Source: an uncultured Chloroflexia bacterium
GTDB lineage: Bacteria; Chloroflexota; Anaerolineae; Anaerolineales; UBA4823
Direction: 5' to 3'
DNA: 64,000 bases
Assembly (NCBI GenBank): GCA_963829555.1
Contig: CAWHJB010000011.1
Coordinates: forward strand, 68,857-132,856
In this document: one piece after another, positions 8,744 to 16,190 of the stretch
How the letters are laid out: each line of letters opens with the position of its first letter
Position numbering within the stretch: the stretch's first letter is position 1
Program-made: the position numbers and the translations under genes
The notes under the pieces: model-generated
Seen by the model: only the letters and a program-made list of their open reading frames with translations
What the model was told of the DNA's origin: nothing
Databases searched by the model: none

Positions 8744-10147
8744 TTATGGATGGGCTGCTCTTAATCTCGCTGGTAAGATCCCCTCCATTGTACGATATTT
8801 TGCGACAGTTCGGCGAGCAACCGGGTAACCTCTTTCACCCAGTATTTTCGCAATTTGGGTATCACTCAAAGGTTTGCGTTCTTTATCAACAATTTCGCGC
8901 AGGGCGGTGCGAACGTGCAGGCTGCGATCGAAGAGTTTCGAGATGGAGATAATCCGGCCGTTGGGGAGTTGGAGGGCTTTTCCTGACACTGCCCGCGAAA
9001 CGGTCAATTCGTGTACGCTCAGCTCTTCAGCAATTTTTGCCCTGGTTACCGGGATCAGGTGCGCGTCCCCTTTTAATAGAAAACGCCGCTGTAAAACGAC
9101 CATTCGGGCCATTAATCGCACCAGGGTGTGATTGCGCTGCTGTAAACACTTGACCAGGAGATTGGCTTGTTCAATATCTGCCTGCCATTGTTCGGCTTTA
9201 TCAGCTGGGGCGTCAGGCAATGCTTCCCGGAAAAGCGGGTTCACGCGCAGCCTCCCGGCATAAGGGGAAATGATTTCGACAACCAGCGGCGAGTCTGGCT
9301 TGTCGTTCAATCGTGAAACCAACACATCCGGGGTCTGGTAAACCGTGCGCGGCGCCGTGCTGTGGCGTTGATCGCCCCAGTGGGCACGAGCAGGATAGGG
9401 ATTCAGATTTTCGCTGATGAAGCGCGACAAATTCTGAGCCTGCTTGGTGGAGATTTTTAGCCTTCTCCCCAGCTCCATATAAGCGTGCCGGGAGAGTAGA
9501 TCCATGCAGGTGAGGATCGCTTCGGCTGCCAGGTGAGGCACCTGGTGATTTTCGGCCAACACATCCAGTTGAACCAATAAGGCTTGCTGAGGGCTCCGGG
9601 AACCAACGCCAACCGGCTCGGCCCGTTGGATTAACTGGAGAACGCTTTCCACTCGCGACAAGCGGACATGATGATACATTGCGATCTCAGCAATTTCGAT
9701 GGGCAGCAATCCGTCATCATCCAGGCTGGTGAGAATGTGGGCAGCTAATGGACGGTCTTCGGGCGCCAATTCAGCCGAGATCTGGCGCAGGATGAAGGAA
9801 GGCAGATCTTCAACTGCCGCGGCCCATTCTTCGTCGGGCATGTCCTCGCCCGAGCGCGTGCCAGAATAATTCCGGAAATCGTCGCGCGGCGAAATGAATA
9901 CGATCGGCTCCTCTGGTTCGGTTTTTGCTGGCTTACTGCAAACCGGGCAAGGGCCCTTTTCAGGCAATTTGCGATTACAATTTGGGCATGTGCGGGTTTC
10001 GATCAATTCCAGGGCCGGGTTGGAGGCCAGGTCTGCTTCGATCTTTTGACCCAGTTCAGCGGAGGTCAGTTCAAGCAGTGTCATGGTCTGAGCCAGATGA
10101 GCGGTGGTCATCGGCCGGAGTGCTTGGGATTGCGTTTGGATAATCAT
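8744..10147 (-). CDS. rpoN: RNA polymerase sigma-54 factor
   Basis: From ORF 8744..10195. Start set at ATG 10145-10147 (MIIQTQSQAL...) behind the SD GGGAGTA. It has a Gln/Leu-rich region I and the RpoN box ARRTVAKYR near the C-terminus. It also carries an unusual CPNC-X9-CPVC insertion. Confidence 0.95.
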   Translation of the reverse strand: MIIQTQSQALRPMTTAHLAQTMTLLELTSAELGQKIEADLASNPALELIETRTCPNCNRKLPEKGPCPVCSKPAKTEPEEPIVFISPRDDFRNYSGTRSGEDMPDEEWAAAVEDLPSFILRQISAELAPEDRPLAAHILTSLDDDGLLPIEIAEIAMYHHVRLSRVESVLQLIQRAEPVGVGSRSPQQALLVQLDVLAENHQVPHLAAEAILTCMDLLSRHAYMELGRRLKISTKQAQNLSRFISENLNPYPARAHWGDQRHSTAPRTVYQTPDVLVSRLNDKPDSPLVVEIISPYAGRLRVNPLFREALPDAPADKAEQWQADIEQANLLVKCLQQRNHTLVRLMARMVVLQRRFLLKGDAHLIPVTRAKIAEELSVHELTVSRAVSGKALQLPNGRIISISKLFDRSLHVRTALREIVDKERKPLSDTQIAKILGERGYPVARRTVAKYRTMEGILPARLRAAHP

Positions 10148-10183
10148 ATTTACTCCCTGCTTACTTGGTTCTATTATACCTGT

Positions 10184-10199
10184 TGCAAGAAGCATGCCA
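10184..10199 (-). promoter_or_regulatory. sigma-54 -24/-12 promoter candidate upstream of rpoN
   Basis: The minus strand reads G-TGGCAT-GCTTC-TTGCA-ACA. The -12 element is 37 nt upstream of the rpoN ATG 10147. Confidence 0.6.
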
Positions 10200-10265
10200 C
10201 ATTAATATTTCGGGGGGGCTTTAGGAGATCCTGCAGCCGAGGCTATATGTGGGGGTAATTTTCTG

Positions 10266-10292
10266 CACTACTCCAGAGATTCCGGAAGACCC
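10266..10292. repeat. dispersed ~30-nt unit
   Basis: CACTACTCCAGAGATTCCGGAAGACCC. Compare copy 28409-28439. Confidence 0.7.
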
Positions 10293-10326
10293 GTTTCGGG
10301 TTTAGGCTGCACGATATATTTGTAGA

Positions 10327-10374
10327 TTTGGAGTTCAATTTGTGCGGTCTCAGCTGCACAAATTGAACTCCAAA
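10327..10374. repeat. long perfect palindrome (singleton in this window)
   Basis: TTTGGAGTTCAATTTGTGC-(10 nt)-GCACAAATTGAACTCCAAA, in the divergent rpoN/proline-dehydrogenase intergenic region. Confidence 0.9.
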
Positions 10375-10492
10375 AATAATTTTCTACTACATCTTCGTGC
10401 ACCCCGGGTTTATGCTACAATTCAGGTTATCCGGTGCTGTGGTCCTTGTGGAGAAGCTCAGGCTTTTACCGAGGAACCATAACCATTCAATT

Positions 10493-10543
10493 GGGTCTCT
10501 GGGAAACTCTGCAGGAGAGTCCCCCCAGGAATTGCCAAAGAAC
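10493..10543. repeat. dispersed ~55-nt unit, copy 1
   Basis: GGGTCTCTGGGAAACTCTGCAGGAGAGTCCCCCCAGGAATTGCCAAAGAAC. Confidence 0.85.
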
Positions 10544-10632
10544 TATTCAATCTGTCAATCGGATTCGATCCGATACATATGCTTCATGACTAAATGGTTC
10601 TTTCGCTAAATACCTTTAGGAAAAAGAGCAAA

Positions 10633-10681
10633 TGTAATGTTCATTTTTATGCGGCGTCGCCGCACAAAAATGAACATTACA
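10633..10681. repeat. long palindrome (singleton)
   Basis: TGTAATGTTCATTTTTATGCGGCG-TC-GCCGCACAAAAATGAACATTACA, with one mismatch. Confidence 0.9.
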
Positions 10682-10796
10682 ATCACTTTTCAAAGAAAAA
10701 GGACTTAGCGAGAAAATCACGAAAAGGGTTCATTCGGAAACTGTGTGAGACACCACCCGATGAATTCCCAGAGATCTTCTGAAAGGTTGCACAAAA

Positions 10797-11759
10797 ATGC
10801 TTCGTTCTTTGTTAATCTACCTTTCGAAAGCAAGTTGGGCGCGCAGAATGGTCACTCACTGGTCATTTGCCTGGCGCGCGGCTTCCCGATTTGTCGCTGG
10901 TGAGAAGCTTACAGACGCTATCGAGGCCATTCGTATCCTCAACTTGAAGGGGATTGATGCGACGCTTGACCATTTGGGGGAAAATACGACGACTGTGGAC
11001 GGCGCTAACCAGGCAACCGCAGATATCCTGGAAGCGCTCGATGCAATCCACTCATCTGGGGTCAGAGCCAATGTTTCAATTAAATTGACTCAGATTGGTT
11101 TGAAATTAGATCGAGGGCTCTGTGCTCAAAATCTGAAAAAGATTCTGTTACACGCCGGAGAACTGAATAATTTCATTCGAATCGATATGGAAGATTCTCC
11201 TTTCGTGGATGATACCCTGGATTTGTTTTACACCATGCGGGATCAGGAGAGTTTGCTCAATACCGGGGTCGTCATCCAGGCATATCTTTATCGCAGCGAG
11301 AAGGATATTTTGAAAATTGTTGGCGCCCGCGGCCGGGTTAGGTTATGCAAAGGGGCCTATCAAGAACCGCCCGAGGTGGCATACCCCAAGAAAAGCGATG
11401 TCGACAGGAACTATGACCATTTGGCCGAGATGCTTTTGGATGGGGCGGTAGCTGCCGGCGCGCCTGCACTCTCGCCGGATGGCAAAATACCGCCGCTGCC
11501 GGGCATCGCCAGTCACGATCCAGCCAGATTGGCGCATGCCAAGGCTTATGCCCAACAAATTAAACTGCCCAAGCAATCTTTGGAATTCCAGATGCTGCAT
11601 GGGATCCGGCGAGATTTGCAGGAACAGTTGGTAAATGAGGGTTACCCTGTACGAGTTTACGTACCCTATGGCACGGAATGGTACCCTTATTTTGTGCGCC
11701 GCCTGGCAGAGCGGCCGGCCAACCTGTGGTTTTTCATCAGCAATTTCTTTCGAAAGTAA
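10797..11759 (+). CDS. proline dehydrogenase family protein
   Basis: 320 aa with motifs typical of monofunctional PutA-like proline dehydrogenases: ...ATLDHLGE..., IRIDMEDS, QAYLYRSE, RLCKGAY. Confidence 0.8.
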   Translation: MLRSLLIYLSKASWARRMVTHWSFAWRAASRFVAGEKLTDAIEAIRILNLKGIDATLDHLGENTTTVDGANQATADILEALDAIHSSGVRANVSIKLTQIGLKLDRGLCAQNLKKILLHAGELNNFIRIDMEDSPFVDDTLDLFYTMRDQESLLNTGVVIQAYLYRSEKDILKIVGARGRVRLCKGAYQEPPEVAYPKKSDVDRNYDHLAEMLLDGAVAAGAPALSPDGKIPPLPGIASHDPARLAHAKAYAQQIKLPKQSLEFQMLHGIRRDLQEQLVNEGYPVRVYVPYGTEWYPYFVRRLAERPANLWFFISNFFRK

Positions 11760-11781
11760 ACCCCCAGGGGGCGGGAAACAG

Positions 11782-11838
11782 AGACAAAATGTAGAGCTCG
11801 CAGGGGCAATTTGCCCCTGCGAGCTCTACATTTTGTCT
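11782..11838. repeat. long palindrome sharing the AGACAAAAT outer module with family A copy 3
   Basis: AGACAAAATGTAGAGCTCGCAGGGGCAA-T-TTGCCCCTGCGAGCTCTACATTTTGTCT. Confidence 0.9.
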
Positions 11839-11912
11839 TTCTTGGTAAAGCCCTGATCCTTGGGGCTGGCAAACTTGACAACCGATCTAATTTGGCTTAT
11901 GATTTTTTGTAT

Positions 11913-11932
11913 ATCTGAACAACTATTCAGAT
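11913..11932. promoter_or_regulatory. ArsR/SmtB-type operator (inverted repeat ATCTGAA-N6-TTCAGAT)
   Basis: Perfect 7-6-7 inverted repeat ATCTGAACAACTATTCAGAT, 38 nt upstream of the arsR-like ATG. The TGAACA...TATTCA core resembles known SmtB/CzrA 12-2-12 operators. Confidence 0.65.
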
Positions 11933-11969
11933 AAGATCAACCTTTCCGGCTTAGTTTGAAAGAGATCGT

Positions 11970-12284
11970 ATGGATGATCCAGACGCAACCCTGGCGGTAA
12001 TTGATGAAGAGACTGCCGCTCGTTTGGCGGAATTGTTCCGTACGCTAAGCGATCCCAGCCGAATACGGATCATATCCGTCCTGTCCGATTCCGCTTGCAG
12101 TGTTGGCAGCATCGCCCAGGCGGTGGGGATCAGTAAATCGGCGGTTTCGCATCACCTGCGTGGGTTAAGGCAAATGCGGCTGGTTCGGGCCCGTAAAGTG
12201 GGTCGCCAGGTGTTTTATTCGCTGGATGATGAACATATTGCCGACCTGTTCCGTCGCAGCCTCGATCATGTTTTACACGGTTGA
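11970..12284 (+). CDS. ArsR/SmtB-family metalloregulator with a CzrA-type alpha5 site
   Basis: wHTH region (LSDPSRIRIISVL...SVGSIAQAVGISKSAVSHHLRGL). The C-terminal DEH-X10-H-X2-H spacing matches the alpha5 metal site D-x-H-x10-H-x2-H. Confidence 0.85.
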   Translation: MDDPDATLAVIDEETAARLAELFRTLSDPSRIRIISVLSDSACSVGSIAQAVGISKSAVSHHLRGLRQMRLVRARKVGRQVFYSLDDEHIADLFRRSLDHVLHG

Positions 12285-12319
12285 GCTGCATAGAACACGC
12301 AACCCAAAATAGTTTGTCA

Positions 12320-12367
12320 GAAAACAGGCGTGATGGCCGGTGTATACCGGCCATCACGCCTGTTTTC
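12320..12367. repeat. long palindrome (singleton)
   Basis: GAAAACAGGCGTGATGGCCGG-TGTATA-CCGGCCATCACGCCTGTTTTC, downstream of the arsR-like gene. Confidence 0.9.
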
Positions 12368-12403
12368 CGATATTCTGCTTCCCTTCGGGATGAGTCATAT
12401 CTT

Positions 12404-12433
12404 GGGTACCATCCCAGGCATTCCCAATGATCC
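12404..12433. repeat. dispersed unit (second half of the 55-nt unit)
   Basis: GGGTACCATCCCAGGCATTCCCAATGATCC. Compare CACCATCCCAGGAATTCTCAAAGAACC at 52738-52764. Confidence 0.7.
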
Positions 12434-12568
12434 AACTTATCGGTCTGATCTGCCCGATCCCCGGGTAGGTGAGACTTTGCTTAATAGGCGGTCTCTAGAA
12501 TTACATCCTGAGGTTGGGATGTGGTATCATGAGCCATCGAGCGATAATATTTGAGGAGGAATTTCTTA

Positions 12569-13042
12569 ATGGCAACTCATCGTGCTAATCGGTCCCTTGG
12601 CCCGGTGGTTTTGATCGCTGCTGGTGTTGTTTTGATGATTGGTGTGGCCATTTGGGCGCTGGTCCCAGGCCTGACCGGGAATGATGCTGCTGCCCCTGCT
12701 GCAGTTTCTAACCTTCCATATCCCGATGTGCCGCGTATCAGCCTGGCAGATGCGCATGCAGCCTGGGTAACCGGTAATGCGGTTTTTGTGGATGTGCGCG
12801 GCGATTTATTTTACGAAACGGCCCATATCCCAGGGGCATTGTCGATTCCGGAAGAAAATTTGCCGGAACTGCAGGATCAACTCAGCAAGGACGATTGGAT
12901 CATCACTTACTGTACCTGACCGTCCGAAGAGAGCAGCGCCCGTGTGGCGAATGACTTGCTGGTTGCCGGATACACACGTGTTATGGCTATTAAGGGCGGC
13001 CTGGACGCCTGGATTAATGCTGGATATGAGATTGAACCCTGA
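12569..13042 (+). CDS. rhodanese-domain protein with in-frame TGA at 12917-12919 (Sec candidate or nonsense lesion)
   Basis: ATG 12569 lies behind the SD GAGGAGG. An N-terminal TM helix is followed by a rhodanese domain (VFVDVRGDLFYETAHIPGAL...WIITYCT). A TGA follows, and the same frame continues for 40 codons as PSEESSARVANDLLVAGYTRVMAIKGGLDAWINAGYEIEP. That stretch is the missing C-terminal half of the domain. Confidence 0.65.
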
Positions 13043-13053
13043 GGAAGGGCCGT

Positions 13054-13527
13054 ATGACCGATACCGCCTCACGCCTGGCCGAACGATTAGAGACGGAAGG
13101 GATGAAGTCACTGGAGATCTTCCGTGCCCTCAGCCCGGAACAGTGGGAAATTACGGTTTACACCGATGGTTCAGCCTGGACAATCCGGCAGCTGCTGGCC
13201 CATTTTGTGACTGCCGAGAACGGCTTTCTGGGGCTGATCGATGATATTGTTGCCGGTGGACCGGGCTCACCGGAGGATTTTGATATCGATCTGTTTAATG
13301 AAAGCAAAGTTTCGGCCGTTGGCGATGAGCGACCGGAAAGCTTGCTGGCACAATATGAACAGGTCAGGCGGGCTACGATTGAGAAGGTCAGGAGTTTGCA
13401 GGATGAGGACCTGGAAAGAGTGGGCCGGCATCCATTTTTGGGAGTGGCTTTACTTTCGGATATCATTAAGCTGATCTATCGTCACAACCAGATTCATCAG
13501 CGGGATTTTCGTAAATTAATCAGTTGA
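13054..13527 (+). CDS. DinB-family protein
   Basis: 157 aa. Four-helix DinB_2-like pattern with conserved His residues (LLAHF..., IYRHNQIHQRD). Confidence 0.7.
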   Translation: MTDTASRLAERLETEGMKSLEIFRALSPEQWEITVYTDGSAWTIRQLLAHFVTAENGFLGLIDDIVAGGPGSPEDFDIDLFNESKVSAVGDERPESLLAQYEQVRRATIEKVRSLQDEDLERVGRHPFLGVALLSDIIKLIYRHNQIHQRDFRKLIS

Positions 13528-13570
13528 GGGGGACCATACTTATACAACTTTAGACAGCAGGCAATCGTTT

Positions 13571-14494
13571 ATGAATGAACCAACCAAGCCAAATCCGATC
13601 GTCCTATATCTTCGCCTGGTGCGGCCACTGTTTTTAATAGGCGGCATCCTGCTGTATGCGCTCGGAGCCGGTATAGCGCGTTATTTGGGGACAGATATCA
13701 GTTGGAGCGCCTACCTGATTGGACAGTTCTGGGTCAGCGTATTACAACTCAGTGCTCAATTTTTAAACGAATATTTTGATGTGGCGGGTGACATCAACAA
13801 TGAAAATCGAACCATCCTGACCGGGGGCAGCGGTTCATTAGGCCCCGGCAAGCTGCCCAGACAGGTGGCATTATGGTCTGCCCTGGGCTGCCTGGTGGTA
13901 TTAACCTTTATCACCTTTGTGATGATCCTTCAGATCAGCTTGCCGCCAGTCGCGGTGCTGATCATGCTGCTGGCCTTCTTTGGGGCTATCTTTTATTCGA
14001 CTCCACCGGTCAGGTTAGCTGCCAGTGGATATGGGGAATTAACCGCCTCGATCATGGTCTCTTTCTTACTCCCCGCGTTTGCGTTTGTGTTGCAAACCGG
14101 GGATTTACATCGTTTATTGACGATGGCCGGTTTTCCATTAACTGGACTGAACATGGCGATGTTGATCGCTTTCGACATGCCCGACTTTGCAGCCGATATC
14201 AAGTTTGACAAGCGCACGCTGCTGGTTCGATTAGGCTGGCAGGCGGGCATGAATGTGCATAATATTTTACTTTTGACTTCATTTTTTTTGCTGGCAGCAG
14301 CCACAAGTTTTGGTATGCCGTTGATGATCGCTTTGCCGGCAATGGTTCCGCTGGTCCTGGCAGTGCTGCAGATCTGGATGATGCGCAGAATTGCGGCTGG
14401 CATGAAGCCGAATTGGAATGCGCTTACCATCAATGCCATGGCGATCTATGTGTCGGTAGCCTACCTGCTGACTTTTGCTTTCTGGACGCGTTGA
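13571..14494 (+). CDS. UbiA-family prenyltransferase (MenA-like)
   Basis: Polytopic membrane protein of 307 aa with the Asp-rich motif NEYFDVAGD. Confidence 0.8.
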   Translation: MNEPTKPNPIVLYLRLVRPLFLIGGILLYALGAGIARYLGTDISWSAYLIGQFWVSVLQLSAQFLNEYFDVAGDINNENRTILTGGSGSLGPGKLPRQVALWSALGCLVVLTFITFVMILQISLPPVAVLIMLLAFFGAIFYSTPPVRLAASGYGELTASIMVSFLLPAFAFVLQTGDLHRLLTMAGFPLTGLNMAMLIAFDMPDFAADIKFDKRTLLVRLGWQAGMNVHNILLLTSFFLLAAATSFGMPLMIALPAMVPLVLAVLQIWMMRRIAAGMKPNWNALTINAMAIYVSVAYLLTFAFWTR

Positions 14495-14537
14495 TTGTCG
14501 TTGCGCTGTCCCGCCATCGATTGAGGATTCGCCCATC

Positions 14538-15770
14538 ATGCCAGAATTTTTACACTTACTGCCGCCACAGGATGCGCTTCAATACTTCCTGGATGAGCTA
14601 AACCCACACCCCGAACCGGAAGAAGCGCTAACCAGCGAAGCCCTGGGAAGGGTGACGCTGGTTGAAGTTCAGGCTCCCCATCCCTTACCGTCTTTTCCGC
14701 GCTCGACTGTCGATGGTTTTGCGGTGTTGGCCGCGGATACGCATGGCGCCAGTGATTCACTCCCGGCTTACCTGACTTTGCTGGCTGAGGTGCCGATGGG
14801 CGCAGCGCCGCAATTCGAACTAAAGCGCGGCCAGTGCGCGTTGATCCACACTGGTGGAATGCTTCCCAATGGCGCTGACGCCGTGGTCATGGTCGAACAG
14901 ACCCAATCTGCCAGGCCCGAAGAAGTGGAAATATTGCGAGCGGTAGCCGTGGGCGAGAATGTCCTCAAGGTCGGCGAAGATGTCAAACGCGGCCAGACCG
15001 TGATCGAGCCGGGCACCCGGCTGCGCCCTGCGGAGATCGGGGGCTTGATGGCCCTGGGTTTGACCCATGTTCAGGTCGCCCGCCAGCCCAGGGTCGGCAT
15101 TCTGTCTTCCGGCGATGAAGTTGTGCCGCCTTCCAGCGGACTCCAGCCCGGACAGGTGCGGGATGTAAACGCTTACACGCTTAGCAGCCTGGTAACTGCA
15201 TCCGGCGCGATTCCGGTCCGTTACGGGATCATCCCAGACAAAGCTGCAGCAATGCGGGAGGCGGTCCGCAAGGCCTGGCAGGAGAATGATCTGGTTGTGG
15301 TAACGGCTGGTTCGTCCGCCAGCACTCGCGATCTGACCGCCCAGATTATCGATGAGCTTGGACGCCCCGGCGTTTTGGTTCATGGAGTGAATGTCAGGCC
15401 CGGGAAACCAACCATTTTAGCAGTTTGTGATGGCAAAGCGATGATCGGTCTGCCCGGCAACCCTGTGTCTGCGTTGGTGATCGCTTCGCTGTTTGTTGTA
15501 CCCGTGATCGATGCCCTTTTGGGATTGAAAAAGCACCGGCCGCGCCCCAGTGTGCAGGCCAGCCTGACAATCAACCTTTCTTCCCAATCCGGACGGGAAG
15601 ACTGGGTGGCGGTTCGCCTCTTGCCTGATGAGGGCGGCCAAAAGGCAGATCCTATTTTTGGTAAGAGTAACCTTATATTCACCCTGGCTCAGGCCGACGG
15701 CTTGATCCGGATTCCCCCGGATGCCAATGGATTGAGCGCAGGTACCCGGGTGGAGGTTTTTCTGTTCTGA
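14538..15770 (+). CDS. moeA: molybdopterin molybdenumtransferase MoeA
   Basis: From ORF 14475..15770, with the start at ATG 14538 (MPEFLHLL...). Motifs: SFPRSTVDGFAV, ILSSGDEVV, VVTAGSSASTRD and LPGNPVSAL. Confidence 0.9.
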   Translation: MPEFLHLLPPQDALQYFLDELNPHPEPEEALTSEALGRVTLVEVQAPHPLPSFPRSTVDGFAVLAADTHGASDSLPAYLTLLAEVPMGAAPQFELKRGQCALIHTGGMLPNGADAVVMVEQTQSARPEEVEILRAVAVGENVLKVGEDVKRGQTVIEPGTRLRPAEIGGLMALGLTHVQVARQPRVGILSSGDEVVPPSSGLQPGQVRDVNAYTLSSLVTASGAIPVRYGIIPDKAAAMREAVRKAWQENDLVVVTAGSSASTRDLTAQIIDELGRPGVLVHGVNVRPGKPTILAVCDGKAMIGLPGNPVSALVIASLFVVPVIDALLGLKKHRPRPSVQASLTINLSSQSGREDWVAVRLLPDEGGQKADPIFGKSNLIFTLAQADGLIRIPPDANGLSAGTRVEVFLF

Positions 15771-16186
15771 TGCATGCACCTCCGCTGGACCAACCCGATC
15801 GGAACCGCTATACTTTGCGGAAACTCCCAGAGCGGTTGGCGGTTTGCCAGCTTCCGGCCGGAAAGAGCATTCCGGAATGGGCCTTCCTGGGTGAGCTGGT
15901 CTCGATTACCGGCACACCCGTCGAATTGAGCATCGTTTGCGCCCAAAATTTTGTGCCTGCGGAGGTGAAGGCCGAGCGCGATTGGCGGGCTTTTGAGGTT
16001 GTTGGACCGCTCGATTTCAGCCTGGTTGGCGTCCTGGCATCCTTAGCTGGTACGCTGGCTGAAGTCGGGATCAGCATATTTGCAATATCGACCTACAACA
16101 CGGATTATCTGCTCGTCAAGGATACGGAGTTTGACAATGCCGCTGCAGCGCTTGTTGAAGCGGGTCATTCCTTGGTAGTTCAATGA
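15770..16186 (+). CDS. ACT-domain protein
   Basis: 138 aa. Its start overlaps the moeA stop (TGATG). The C-terminal ACT-like segment reads GVLASLAGTLAEVGISIFAISTYNTDYLLV. Confidence 0.7.
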   Translation: MHAPPLDQPDRNRYTLRKLPERLAVCQLPAGKSIPEWAFLGELVSITGTPVELSIVCAQNFVPAEVKAERDWRAFEVVGPLDFSLVGVLASLAGTLAEVGISIFAISTYNTDYLLVKDTEFDNAAAALVEAGHSLVVQ

Positions 16187-16190
16187 TCGG

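Noticed and set aside
10148-10195. Long N-terminal extensions given by the ORF track: rpoN from 10195, ftsZ from 2200, acylase from 52557, hypothetical from 44253, queA from 30743, upp from 29221, fmt from 50119, pdp from 44328.
   Set aside because: In each case an internal ATG with an SD matches the conserved N-terminus of the family. The extension covers promoter motifs, palindromic repeats or the end of the neighbouring gene.
12777-13244. ORF 12777..13244 (155 aa), which overlaps the rhodanese 3' part and the DinB 5' part in another frame.
   Set aside because: It has no family resemblance and an Arg/Trp-rich composition. The alternative of rhodanese read-through plus the DinB gene explains the region with recognisable domains and proper SD sequences.
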